Source of the DNA: Octopus sinensis
Lineage: Eukaryota
DNA: 64,000 nt
Reading direction: 5' to 3'
Assembly (NCBI RefSeq): GCF_006345805.1
Contig: NC_043006.1
Span: 21,018,001 to 21,082,000 of the forward strand
The notes under the pieces were generated by a model, which was not told where the DNA came from, did no database searches, and was given only the letters and a program-made list of their open reading frames with translations. Positions 1 through 12,715 of the stretch are shown here, one piece after another. Position 1 is the stretch's first letter. The number at the start of each line of letters is the position of its first letter. The translations under genes were made by a program, and so were the position numbers.

Positions 1-380
1 CAGTAAATGTAGCTGACGTTCACCCGGGTGAGCCTTCTACATTTTAGGGCATTGATAACCTTCAACCCTAAGAAGATCAATCATTTCGAGACACAACACA
101 CCTGCTTCAGAACACATAGAAAACAGGGAATTTGGTGTCGGAAAATATGCTCTACAACCAGCAAGAGCTTATAAAAACTTGAGGCTGGACAACTGCCCCC
201 GTCTGTAAGATTTGGCGTGAGATTACTGCTACTCCACACTGTAGACAACAAATCTTCATTTTCAATTTCTCTACGGTTTCTCTATCAATCACCAACACAA
301 ACCCAACGCAAATTAAAAACTTCAAAGACGAACTGTTTATCCTTACAAAGCAAACTTTTTACGGAATAAGGATTTTTTTT

Positions 381-632
381 CAATTCAATTCAACTTATAT
401 TGGCTCAAAAAGCAAAAGCAAGGCCATGTGGGGGGACAGGGAGTTATGTACAGGTGGTCATAAAAAACAGTTCAGGCCATTTCTGGTCAAGAGAGACTTT
501 GAACCGAGCGGTCGTCGGCAATCTTCACTATCTCGTCCGGCAGCTTATTCCACGGATCTGCAACCCGGCCGGAGAAAGCCCCTCACCTTCGATTGAGATG
601 AAATCGTCGTAGATAGAGCTTTTCGGAGTGAA
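381..632 (-). mobile_element. 5'-truncated CR1/L2-clade LINE, ORF2 C-terminus and 3' tail
   Basis: Minus strand reads HSEKLYLRRFHLNRR*GAFSGRVADPWNKLPDEIVKI/(fs)ARFKVSLDQKW, matching the CR1/L2 C-terminal pattern FSxRVxxxWNxLP...FKxxLD. It ends in a (TTGAA)n tail near 381-393. Confidence 0.8.
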
Positions 633-949
633 TGAAAGTAGCGGACAAAGCTACCTTATTCAGAAATCAAGATACGTTCGTCAAAGAAAACCACCATTTG
701 TCAAGAGAACGTATCCCAGTCTTCACCCAGATTAACAATGATACCAAAATCAATCTTATCCCAGAGTTTGTATTTAACGGAACTGGAAAATGATCACTAC
801 TACTGAATGCCTTGACTACAAAGGCGCAGCGAATTGCTCTTTACCTTGTGTTTATAGAGACGTTTTGATGAGTGCCTGTCTAAGTTAGTATGTATTTGCG
901 AAAGTCATGTGTTTCTAGGGAAATTTTGCTCGGTGAGTGTGGGTATGAG

Positions 950-966
950 TGTGTGTGTGTGTGTGT

Positions 967-1003
<37 letters not shown>

Positions 1004-1114
1004 CCGAAAGTCGTGTATTTGAATTTGTTCAAATTTTGTGTTTCTGGCATAGTTTTGCCCTGTGTGTGTGGGTATAAGTGTATATCTGTATATGTGTGTA
1101 TGTGTATGTACGTA

Positions 1115-1145
<31 letters not shown>

Positions 1146-1320
1146 TGTGTGTGTGTTTCCGAAAGTCGTGTATTTGAATTTGTTCAAATTTTGTGTTTGT
1201 GGCATAGTTTTGCCTGCCCTGTGTGTGTGTGGGTATAAGTGTATATCTGTATATGCGTGTATGTGTATGTGTATGTGTATGTACGTATGTGTGTGTGTGT
1301 ATGTGCGTGTGTCTGTGTGT
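950..1320. repeat. Tandem duplication of a ~155-bp unit bounded by (GT)n
   Basis: tttccgaaagtcgtgtatttgaatttgttcaaattttgtg... starts at both 1001 and 1156 with few differences. Confidence 0.9.
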
Positions 1321-1509
1321 GCGAATGATGCATGAATTCACAATCAAAGTTCTAAAGATCAATGGCCAACATCTGGCTCCAACTTGGCACCAGTTGTTGA
1401 ACTGTGATAGCGCAGCTGGTGAGGTTAACCGAAAAGCAGGTCCCCCCAACAGGACAAGGAACTTTTGTGAACGGTAGCTTATCGTCACTTTCATAGTCAT
1501 AACCAGATG

Positions 1510-1653
1510 CAGGGCCGACCCTAGGGTTGCTGGCGTCCCTTACAAATATAATTTATTAAAACTTTCACAAGGAGAAAAACTGAATATGTAGACTAAAAAG
1601 CATATGGCGCCCCGGGCGACTGCCTGAGTTGCAGGTACCTTGAGCGGGCCCTG
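1510..1653. mobile_element. hAT-type MITE (144 bp)
   Basis: Termini CAGGGCC...GGCCCTG, with a perfect 8-bp TSD accagatg at 1502-1509 and 1654-1661. Confidence 0.85.
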
Positions 1654-1813
1654 ACCAGATGAGAAACAGCATTTCTGTTTGTCAAAAATCCATATATATA
1701 TATATATATATACATATGGATTTTTGACATATGCTTTTTGAAATGCTGTTTCTTCTGTATATAGGGCTGTGTGACAAGATGGAACGAATCCCATCGTATA
1801 TATACCTCCTTCT

Positions 1814-1860
<47 letters not shown>

Positions 1861-3647
1861 GGGCAGCTAAAGAGCTGAATGTCCTCATATTTCCTGGGTC
1901 CATTTAGTTTTCTCTGAGAGACCCTCTTACGAGAACAATTCCGTGACATGCTAATTATGTATGTATGTATGTATGTATGTATGTATGTATGTATGTATGT
2001 TTGTATGCATGCATGTATGGTATGTATGTATGTATGTATGTATGTATGTATGTATGTATGTATGTATGTATATGCACAGACCACATATGTATACAAGACA
2101 GGTTTCCACAGATTTTTCGTCATAAATTAATTATAGGTAGGAAACACTGGCCGAATGTGTTTTGGCGTAGAGAGATCGAACTCAGAATTATATGATTACA
2201 TAGCGAACTTCATAGGTATACAACCACAACTCAATCGTAGTCACGTAGCTGGGGAGAGGATGAAATGCCGTCGAACATTTTGGTCCCGTTATTGTATTGT
2301 CTCTGATAACATAGAACCTTCAAAATCAAAAATATTTAAAATTTCGTTTCATAAATGATTTTACAATATCATGTTTTTTTTTTTTCCTTTTCATTTTTCC
2401 TTTCTTCTTGCTATTGTTAATAATGTATAATCTTCAGACGAAAATAATAGGATCCATTATGTCACAGCAATCATTGACAATTGATTGCTATTAAGCTGGT
2501 TTTAAACTAATTGCACAACAAAAACTATTTTATAATTGCTTGTTGATAATGAAAATTTAACTTCCGAAGCAGCTGGAAATATTAGCTGTGAATCCATTTC
2601 CTCAATAGTTTTGTTAGTTTCATTTAACATTTTGAAGCCACTTATCAGTAATTCAACGCTATCTGCTTGCATTTTAAAACACGTCTTCGAAGCGCATATG
2701 TACTTGCTTCACTTTGAATATTAACCTTATACATAATAAACACTACGGCAGCAGCGTATCTGTATGTGTTCGTCGTAAGAAGGTTAGATTACATAGTAAA
2801 AAGACAAAGGAGTTTAGTTCGCTTTGAGACATCAGAGAGGTTTTCTTTTTTCTTTTCTTTTTTTTTTAATATGCAATTACAGTTAACTCCCCAACATGGT
2901 GCTAAATATCGCAGCCAGATGTGCCTCAGATTATAACCTTTTCACTTTAAATACGGACAGAGCTATTAGTTCATGTAGCCTAAAGTACACTTGCATGTGT
3001 TGCTTCTTTATGATGGATATATGTTCAAAATACATACGACGAATGTGTTCGCTGAAGTTATAAACTGGAGTATCAACATTCGTTAAATACATTCATCCTT
3101 AGCAGCCGAGACACAATGCTGTCGAATCACTGGATATCCCAGAATCTCTTGCACTAACGACTCAATTGCATCATAAGCATATATTCGTCGTAAAGGAAAA
3201 GATGTCCTGTGACGAAACATAACAGTGATTAGCATATTTACGTTCGAATTGGCTGGAACGTTTTTGCAATACGCAACTCATCGTTTGGAATCTCGCTGAT
3301 CACTGTGCATATGACGATGTATCATCGGTTGCAACACAGCATGGATCAATGTAGAGTTTGTTCGCTGCTTTATAAACAAGATCATTAACCCTTGTTAATT
3401 CATTGGCCCGGGGATGTTAATTTCTTTGGCTTCCGAGATACAATGATGTCGATCAACCATCAGTACTGGAATTTCCCTGTGCTAATGAATCGAGTGTATA
3501 ATGAACACATATTCGTCAAGAAAGAAAAGCCATTCTCCTGTAACGAAACACAGCAGCAATTTGTATTTTCACGTTCGAATTTACTGGAACGTATTAAAAG
3601 TAAATATGCAAAGTTATCGTAACTACGTTTAAAAATCACAGTTAATA

Positions 3648-4074
3648 GGCGCAGGAGTGGCTGTGTGGTAAGTAGCTTGCTAACCAACCACATGGTTCCG
3701 GGTTCAGTCCCACTGCGTGGCACCTTGGGCAAGTGTCTTCTGCTATAGCCCCGGGCCGACCAATGCCTTGTGAGTGGATTTGGTAGACGGAAACTGAAAG
3801 AAGCCCGTCGTATATATGTATATATATATATATGTGTGTGTGTGCGTGTATGTTGTGGTGTCGTGTTGTCCCCCTAGCATTGCTTGACAACCGATGCTGG
3901 TGTGTTTACGTGTCCGTCACTTAGCGGTTCGGAAAAAGAGACCGATAGAATAAGTACTGGGCTTACAAAAAGAATAAGTCCCGGGGTCGATTTGCTCGAT
4001 CAAAGGCGGTGCTGCAGCATGGCCGCAGCCAAATGACTGAAACAAGTAAAAGAGTAAATAGTAAAAGAGAGTAA
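3648..4074 (+). mobile_element. tRNA-derived SINE family A, full length
   Basis: A-box-like tggctgtgtgg, B-box-like ggttcagtccc, CORE-like ccttgggcaagtgtctt, internal (TA)/(TG) tract and an (agtaaa)n-like tail. Nearly identical to 39030-39437. Confidence 0.9.
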
Positions 4075-4249
4075 TGGAAATATCCTGATAAAGGTTTAAA
4101 TGTGACCATGATTTGGTTAATCATTTCTTTAAAGCAATTCAGAGGGGCTTTTATTGTTGTTATTCAAACCTACTGACATATATAGACTCCATAAAGGCAT
4201 AGTCTCTTGCGCACAATTTGTCTATTGTTCGTATTAAACATGTGTAATG

Positions 4250-4300
4250 ACACACACACACACACCACATATAACTATATATAATATATTTATATATATA

Positions 4301-4332
<32 letters not shown>

Positions 4333-4455
4333 TATACATGCATACATACACATATATATATATAAGTATTTACATGTATTTATATATATATATATGTATA
4401 TACATATGTATGTATGTATGTACATATATATATATGTATATATATATATGTTAAC

Positions 4456-4496
<41 letters not shown>

Positions 4497-4660
4497 CATA
4501 TATGTATGTGCATATATGTATATGCATATATGTATATGCATATATGTATATGCATATATGTATATGCATATATGTGTGTGCGTGTGTGTGAGCACATATA
4601 CATTACACACACGAGCGTCGCCCCCCTCCCACGCACTCACACACGCACACGCACGCATGC
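4250..4660. repeat. Complex (TA)n/(TATG)n/(CA)n microsatellite
   Basis: Direct inspection; source of spurious IYIY/HTHT ORFs. Confidence 0.95.
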
Positions 4661-4713
4661 ACACAGAGAGGCAAATATATGGATATATGTAGATCTATAT
4701 ATTTATGTGCTAT

Positions 4714-4943
4714 AGGCGGCGAGCTGGCAGAATCGGTAGCACGCCGGGCGAAATGCGTAGCTGTATTTCGTCTGTCTTGACGTTCTGAGTTCAAATTCCA
4801 CCGAGGTCGACTTTGCCTTTCATTCTTTCGGGGTCGATAAATTAAGGACCAGTTACGCACTGGGGTCGATGTTATCGACTTAATCCGTTTGTCTGTCCTT
4901 GTTTGTCCCCTCTATGTTTAGCCCCTTGTGGGTAATAAAGAAA
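4714..4943 (+). mobile_element. tRNA-like SINE family C, monomer
   Basis: ggcggcgagctggcagaa head, B-box gagttcaaattcc, conserved gtcgactttgcctttcatt/cctttcggggtcgat body and ...gggtaataaagaaa tail. More than 15 copies in the window. Confidence 0.9.
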
Positions 4944-5174
4944 CATATATATTTATGTGCTCAAACAATATATTAATGGGTATGGCATATAATAAATCAG
5001 AATGTTACGCCCAGTTTTTCATCGAATATTGGTAGTAAACAATATTGAAGTCTCTTCAGACATGCTGGATGGCTAATATATTTGAAATTGCTATTGTCTA
5101 GTCAGTGTGTGTGTATGTGTGTTTGTCCCCCACCGGGTCATGCAGTGGCCAGCCACATCTCCACCTTCAACCAC

Positions 5175-6152
5175 CTTGAAGAACCAAAAAGTAGAGTTTA
5201 GCAAAAAACTACACATGGAGGTTCAAGGCGCAGCCATTGGTGTAGGTATAGCTGGGGATGTAGCTGGCCACTTCATGACATGGTGGGACAGAAAATTTAA
5301 ACAAATCTTAGCAGAACAGTCCACAACTCTTCTACTCTACAGTAGATATGTAGTTGACATTAATATCAGAGTTAGGACCAACTCTAGTGACAGTAATGTA
5401 GAAACTGAGAAGAACATAATGGAGAGCATCCAGCAAAAAGCTAACCCCATCCACCAAAGTATCAAGGTAACTATAGATTACCCCACCAAGCACCCCAAAA
5501 ATAGACTCCCTGTACATAATGCTGAACTTTGGTTAGAGAGTGTGAACAATAGAGTGCAGATCCTCCACTCCTATTACATCAAACCCATAACTTCAAAATA
5601 CGTTGTTCACAAGAACTCAGCTTTGTCACACAACATAAAAAATTAACATACTTATAGTAGACTTAGTTAGAATAATGAACAATGTGTCCCCACTATGCGA
5701 ACCCTATGAGACGAAAATACATATATAGAACTTCATGCACCACTTGCAGTTCTCTGGATATGATCAGAAAGATAGGGTTCGAGTATACAGTGGGGCTAGA
5801 AAGAAATTAGATAACATTATACGTAATGATATCAGTGGTACCTGTCCTAGATATAAAAACAAAGAATGGAATAGAATACAAAGAGCTTGTGACAAAGCAA
5901 ACAAGGTGAACATGTGGTATAAAACCGACAAATATCAAGGAGTGATGTTTGTAGAGGCCACAGACCGCGGAGAACTAGCCCGTAGATTTAGAAAAGCTTT
6001 GAAGGAGACCAAACTCAACATTAAGATTGTTCAAAAGCCAGGGAACTCCGTCAGTTCATAACTATGTAGGACGTACCCCATTGAGAATACTATATGCACC
6101 AATGATAACTGCATGTTATATAGGATTAGCCCGGGCATTAACTGTAGAACTC
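5175..6152 (+). mobile_element. Penelope-like retroelement fragment (RT through start of the Cys-rich/GIY-YIG linker), disrupted
   Basis: QGAAIGVGIAGDVA (RT motif B), LLYSRYVVDINI (degenerate YVDD), TIDYP..RLPV..LW, YxKP...NSA and HLQFSGY motifs. Stops and frameshifts present; ends in (TA)n. Confidence 0.8.
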
Positions 6153-6158
6153 GATATA

Positions 6159-6209
<51 letters not shown>

Positions 6210-6222
<13 letters not shown>

Positions 6223-6436
6223 GTATGTTTGTGTCTCTGTGTTTGTCCCATCCAACATCGCTTGACAACCGATGCTGGTGTGCTTATGTCGCCGTCACTT
6301 AGCGGTTAGGCAAAAGAGACCGATAGAATAAGTACTAGGCTCACAAAGAATAAGTCCTGGGGTCGAGCTGCTCGATTAAAGGCGGTGCTCCAGCATGGCC
6401 GCAGTCAATGAGACTGACTGAAACAAGTAAAAGAGT
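6210..6436 (+). mobile_element. SINE family A, 3' half
   Basis: cttgacaaccgatgctggtgtg...ccagcatggccgcagtc...aaacaagtaaaagagta, as in 3648-4074. Confidence 0.85.
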
Positions 6437-6576
6437 ATATATATATATATATATATATTATAATATATATATATTATATATATATATATATGTATGTATG
6501 TATGTATATATAACAGTCGCCATGATAGATCGTTAGCCACTACACACATTTTTCTCTCCTTGTTTTTTCTGTGTCC

Positions 6577-6612
6577 CTTTCTGTAGAAGAGCGTCGGCTC
6601 GAAACGTAAAAG
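6577..6612 (+). ncRNA. Minimal type-I hammerhead-like motif in a PLE terminal repeat (core variant CUGUAGA)
   Basis: cttt-CTGTAGA-a-gagc(gtcg)gctc-GAAA-cgta-aaag: stem I cttt/aaag, stem II gagc/gctc, no stable stem III. Sits in a ~190-bp segment (6513-6702) inserted in (TA)n. Confidence 0.6.
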
Positions 6613-6798
6613 ACTTTTTCTATTCCTGAGCGTTATACTAATACATCTGTTTGTTTTGTACACCACCTGTCTTCGTCTTTGGTTTTTTTCGTAAACTCTC
6701 CCTATATATATATATATAAATATAAAACACCAATATATATAATAGAAATATTAAAATTACTAAGTCTCTCTAAAAGAGAACACGGCAGCGTTCCCGGA

Positions 6799-6960
6799 AA
6801 ATAATAGTTATCGCCATACTAATATGGCATTCTTATAAAAATAAGAATAAGTGTATCAAATAGCTAACTTAAGGCGATGGCCTCATGGAGCTAATAAGCG
6901 GTCAGCTTTATTCTTATTTTTATAAGAATGCCATATTAGTAATGGCGATAACTATTATTT
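6799..6960. repeat. Inverted repeat with ~53-bp arms and ~55-bp spacer
   Basis: aaataatagttatcgccatactaatatggcattcttataaaaataagaataag is followed by its near-perfect reverse complement at 6906-6960. Confidence 0.9.
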
Positions 6961-7029
6961 ACCAATATATATATATATATATATATAGCTCTAACAGCGG
7001 ATGTCAAGCGATGGTGGGAGGACAAACAG

Positions 7030-7043
7030 GCACACACACACAC

Positions 7044-7123
<80 letters not shown>

Positions 7124-7316
7124 TATATATATGGTATATGGTTATTGACAATTTGTCTTTTTTCGGGATATTTGGCATTAGAATCTTTTTCTTTGCCTTG
7201 TTTATAAGTTGTTTATAAATTTACCTCTAAAGGTATTTTTTAATATGCTGGCCAATGATAAACATTTTATCCTATATTATATATGTATATATATATAATA
7301 TATATATATAATTATA

Positions 7317-7379
<63 letters not shown>

Positions 7380-7405
7380 CATATATATGTTATATATATA
7401 TATAA

Positions 7406-7440
<35 letters not shown>

Positions 7441-7475
7441 ATCATATAGATATATATATATATATATATATAATC

Positions 7476-7536
<61 letters not shown>
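7030..7536. repeat. (CA)n/(TA)n microsatellite arrays
   Basis: Direct inspection. Confidence 0.95.
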
Positions 7537-7539
<3 letters not shown>

Positions 7540-8431
7540 TAATTTAGTATAATCAGCTAATACTCTATCATTTACTGTTGGTGCTCACGTCTTGTGTTTT
7601 AAAAGAATGAGGGTACTCTGATCAGTGTAGTGTTGTTGCCAGAAGAACGCATGCTGTCGGTGTAATTCTTCGGATTACATTCTCGGTAGTTACATTCTGA
7701 GTCTAAATTTGTCAATTCAAAATTCCCCGCGATCATTTATATGAATTATCGAAATTTCTAACAAACTTTTATTGTCTCAATTATGTTATGCCCATGTTAA
7801 AAGCAAAACAGGGAAACACACACACACACACACACACAACACACACAACACACACACACACACAGTCAATTCAAAGAACAAACAATAAAAAAAAACAGAA
7901 AAAAAAGAAAAAAACGAACGTGGGGACGTGCACAAGACGCTTGAGAAACAAAAGGAATATTAAAAAATAAAAATTGATAAATAAAAAAAAAAAGGATTAA
8001 TAAATAAAAAAAAACAAATGAAAAAGATTATATAGAAAATCTGAAACAGAAAATAAATATGTGTGTGTATACATATATATATGTATATGTGTGTGTATGT
8101 ATATTTATGTATGTGTGCGTTTATATATAGAGCTTCTCTGAAAATTCGAGATTTAATCCTTATTCGCTTAACACCAAGAGCTGTTTCCTAAAAGGTCTTT
8201 GTGCCTTTAATGGCTGTCTAGTTCCAATATTTCTGCCAACCAGATTGTCCGTCAGTCTTCCAGTCACAACAGAAATTGGTTTGAAATTTTATACAATATC
8301 ACCACGTCTTTTAGAGCCTTTTCTATTCTCTTCGTAACCCGAACTTTTTTAACCTTCTTCCTCTCTTTACCCTTATTAATCTATCTCAAGCTTTTCCCCT
8401 AGATTGATAACTTAATTCCAATATCTATCAG

Positions 8432-8854
8432 GGATCTTTTCGGTTTGACCGGCAGTTTTTTCTAGAGGTGTCATATGAAATTGTCACCCATAATTATGAC
8501 CCTAGTATCGATCTATTGCATTTCAATCTGTTTTAGGTTTAGGGTTAGGGGTGGGGGGAAGGGTACCTTTTTCTCTTCACAAATGTAAATAAACCCAATC
8601 TGTTTCTTAAACGAGAGACATATTCATACGGCTCAGAATGGTTTTTTTTTTACCTCAATAGACGTCAGTGATTGGTTGAAATTGCAGAAATTGAAGGAAA
8701 AAAAGCAACAAATATCTTACAAACTATAGAATTTTCTCAATAAAGCCAAGAGAAAAAGATGTTTTATAAACACATTCTACCAGTATACGAAGTTTAAACT
8801 TTTTTAGTTACCTAGAAATTATGTCAAAAACTGCCGTTCAAACCGAAAAGATCC
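8432..8854 (+). mobile_element. MITE (~420 bp, ~28-bp TIRs) carrying internal TTAGGG repeats
   Basis: TIRs ggatcttttcggtttga.cggcagtttt / aaaactgccgttcaaaccgaaaagatcc. Other copies at 35861-36289 (-), 63262-63702 (+) and a fragment at 41789-41904. Confidence 0.9.
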
Positions 8855-9298
8855 TCTTTCTTCCTTATGAATAGATTAAAGGCACACATGAGGAAGCACG
8901 ATGCACACATACAGATACACACATACACGCATGCATACTCATGTTTTTAGATTCACACGTAAATATACACATACACACTTACACAAACTACAAACATAAA
9001 GATACATTCACATATACATTATACATACATACATACATACACACATACTTCATTAAATCAGCAGCGGAAGTAGATTCGCTGGCAATTACTTACAATTAAC
9101 AGAAATAGAACAACGGTAACAACAGCAAAAACAACAAGACAAGCAATTTATCAATAATAACTTGCATTGACAAGAACAACTGTAGGAAAACAACGAGGAC
9201 AACATCCGAAAACAACAACAAGATCATCAACGTCAACAACATAGCAGCACAAACAGCTCTTAACCATAGCAACATACGAAGTAGTAATATTAACTAGT

Positions 9299-9461
9299 AG
9301 AGGCGCAATGGCCCAGTGGTTAGGGCAGAGGACTCGCGGTCGTAGGATCGCGGTTTCGATTCCCAGACCGGGCGTTGTGAGTGTTTATTGAGCGAAAACA
9401 CCTAAAGCTCCACGAGGCTCCGGCAGGGGATGGTGCCTCGTGGAGCTTTAGGTGTTTTCGC
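9299..9461 (+). mobile_element. SINE family B head with fold-back duplication
   Basis: tRNA-like head aggcgcaatggcccagtggttagggcag...ggtttcgattccc, then 27-bp inverted arms at 9392-9418 and 9435-9461. Confidence 0.85.
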
Positions 9462-9711
9462 GCACCCCTATATGTACTCAGGATGATTCAGCGTGACACA
9501 GAATGCGACAAAGCTGGCCCTTTTAATTGCAGGTACTACTTATTTCTGACAGCTGAGTGGGCTAGACTAACGTGAAATAGTGTCTTGCTGAAGGACCAGC
9601 GCACCGTTTTCGAACTCACGACCGTACGATACGATCATAAGCCGAATACCTTAACCACTAAACCAAGCGCCTTCACAGACACACACGCACACACGTACAC
9701 GCGCGCACACA

Positions 9712-9750
<39 letters not shown>

Positions 9751-10631
9751 CGGGTTCTTTCAGTTTCTATATACGAAATCAATTCACAAGGCTTTGGTCG
9801 GTCCTGCGCTATAGTATAAAACACTTGAACAAGGATCCACATAACGGGATTGAACCTGGAACCATGTGGTTGGGAAGCAAACTTCTTACTACACACTTGC
9901 TCGTTGATTCAGTATCATGTTTTATTTAAATCCCGTGGACCATTTATTTACTTTTTCCTATCCGTTTCCTTCCAGTAGCAAGATAGCACAATTACAAATG
10001 TATATATAAGTAGAAAGAATGTATTATCTATATCCACTCGCTGGTTTCATTTCCTTTTCATTGTTTAGTAAATCTGTGTCTTCTACCGAATGACTTATGA
10101 CAAAGTATTCCATTGGTTTATATTATTTTTATTTATTTATTTTCTGTATTCTTTACATATACTATCCTTGTATATTCTAAAGAGGTGAACACTTACTGAA
10201 TCTCTCTCTCTCTATATATAAATGGCAATTTCTGCCTGTCAGTCTGTTACTATTAAGTGCCTAAAACAGCGAACCAGTATTCACTAAACTTTGCATACAT
10301 ATTACACTAACATCCAGCTCAATAATAGACAAATTGGATTTCAATAAAAATCTATAATGTGCCCCCCAGGGGCGCTAGGCGAATTATATGATAAAAAATG
10401 AGGTTACAAAAGTATTGATCTGAGGGAAAGGTAGTGACAAAGAGAGGGTGACATATCAGTGAAGGCGAGAACAGCGGTGTCAACGGGATGTAACGTTGCC
10501 ACAGCTGTAATATACACGTGACGCTGCATACATACTTTCGTAAATACATAGATACAACACAAACACACACACTCACTCACACACACATTCATACACACAC
10601 ACATTCACACATTCATACACACACACACACA

Positions 10632-10669
<38 letters not shown>

Positions 10670-11479
10670 AAAGGGTGTGTTAGGAATATATAGCTTTAAG
10701 GAAAGAAGGTGTAAGTGGCTTTTCTGCTAGCCATCGCAAAGAAGCACTCACTCACACATACATACACACACATAAATACATACATACATACACATACGTA
10801 CGTACATACATATACATACATACGTACATGCATAAATAAATACATACAAATGTCTACTATACCCCCATTCTAAACATGTGACTATCTGTGTGTACGTTTG
10901 TAAATCTGTGTGTGTATGCGTGTGTGTGTGTGTGTGTGTGTGTGAGACGTCCTATAATTGTCTGTCTCTCTACATTTGTAGGGTCTTCTCTGTTGCTGTC
11001 CCATATCGTGAGATTTGAAAATTACGTCAAAATTTCCAAATTTGGTATATTGAAATAATTTTCCGCGTTAAATCCGATTTTGAAATTTACTTGTTCCAGA
11101 AAAGTTGCAGAAAAATGTTACTGAGGTTTAAAGGTTAATCAATTTTTATCTAATCAGAAAACAAGATTTGGAAGCTGGCATTTTCTGCTGCCTATCACGA
11201 AATGAAAGCAAAATCATTAGGAAGAGGAATTTTTAGTAAACAAACGAAAGCAAAACATTACGACGCCCAAAGTTGTTGGAACTTCTGAAGTTTTAATGAA
11301 TAAAGTAATGTGAAAACAAAAGGAAAGAAGTTTTTTTTTGCACAAATCTGTCCTGATTAAGAAGCCTATCTGTCGGGGAAGGTATGCTCTGACACGGAAT
11401 AAATAAAAATTTATATGACATTCTATTGTAAAAATTGCCTGGCAACGACGGGCTATTCGGCTAGTTAGCAAATAAATTA

Positions 11480-11920
11480 ATAATCCTTTCTACTATAGGC
11501 ACAAGACCTGAAATTTGTGGGGAGAGGGGGGAGAATCGATAACATCAACCCCAGTACTTGACTGGTACTTAAATTATTGACCGCGAAAGGATGAAAGGCA
11601 AAGTCGACCTCGGCGGAATTCCAACTCCGAGCGTAAAGACGGACAAAATGCTGTTAAGCAATTTTGTACGGCGTGCTAACAATTCTTATTTCTTTATTGC
11701 CCACAAGTGGCTAAACATAGAGGAGACAAACAAGGACAGACAAAGGGATAAAGTCAATTACATCGACCCCAGTGCGTAACTGGTACTTGATTTATCGACC
11801 CTGAAAGGATGAAAGGCAAAGTCGAACTCGGCGGAATTTGAACTCAGACGTAGTGGCAGACGAAATACCGCTAGGCATTTCGTCCAGCGTGCTAACAATT
11901 CTGCCAGCTCACCGCCTTAA
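11480..11920 (-). mobile_element. SINE family C, nested/composite copies
   Basis: Two bodies (gaaaggatgaaaggcaaagtcga..tcggcggaatt) carrying different tails. Confidence 0.85.
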
Positions 11921-12279
11921 TAAATAAATAAATAAATAATGGTTTCAAATTTTGGCACAAGGCCAGCAACTTCATGGAGGATGTTAGTCGATTTGAACGC
12001 AGAATGTAAAGACGGACTATAAGCAACTAATATAGAGTACTTATTAGTTTCAAATATTGGCACGAAGCCAAGAAGTTCTTGGGAGGGAGCTAGTCGGTTA
12101 GATCGACTCCAGTGCTCAATTGATAGTTATTCTACTGACCTCGAAAGGGTGAAAATTAAAATCGAACTGGGTGGAATTTGAATCTAGACTGTAAAGAGGG
12201 ACACATATACACATATACATACATACAAACAAATATATATGTGTGTGTATACACATAGACATATATGTATATATACATA

Positions 12280-12516
12280 TTCTTTTACTTGTTTCAGTTA
12301 TTTGACTGTGGTCATGCTGGAGCACCGCCTTTAGTCGAACAAATCGACCCCCATGACTTATTCCTTGTAAGACTAGTACTTGTTCTATCGGCCTCTTTTG
12401 TCGAACCACTAAATTAAGGGAACGTATACACACCAACACCAGTTGTCAAGTGATAGTGGGGGGGGGGTACAAACAGAGACACACAAATACACACACACAT
12501 ACACACATGCACACGC

Positions 12517-12560
<44 letters not shown>

Positions 12561-12715
12561 GACAGGCTTCTTTCAGTTTCCGTCTACCAAATCAACTCAA
12601 GGCTTTGGTTAGCTCGAGGCTATAGTAGAAGACATTTGCTCAAGCTGCCATGTAGTGGAACTGAATCCGGAACCATGTGGCTGGAATGCAAGCTTCTTAC
12701 CACAGAAACACTCCT
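12280..12715 (-). mobile_element. SINE family A
   Basis: Reverse complement of the 3648-4074 structure, more diverged. Confidence 0.85.

Noticed and set aside
720-860. LINE endonuclease end (SDHFPV) on the minus strand
   Set aside because: A single short motif with no supporting upstream APE motifs.
3392-3622. C2H2 zinc-finger-like KEKPFSC in a 76-aa ORF
   Set aside because: No second Cys or His pair, and the paralogous repeat unit does not keep the frame.
9299-9375. tRNA genes at SINE heads (also 14545-14621, 34493-34565, 37020-37096, 45736-45812)
   Set aside because: The cloverleafs are imperfect and each continues into a multi-copy SINE body, several with TSDs.
10205-10730. Helitron-like 5' end (tctatatataaa...ctgtc); similar at ~30300-30797
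   Set aside because: No clear 3' hairpin plus CTAG pairing and no second copy in the window.
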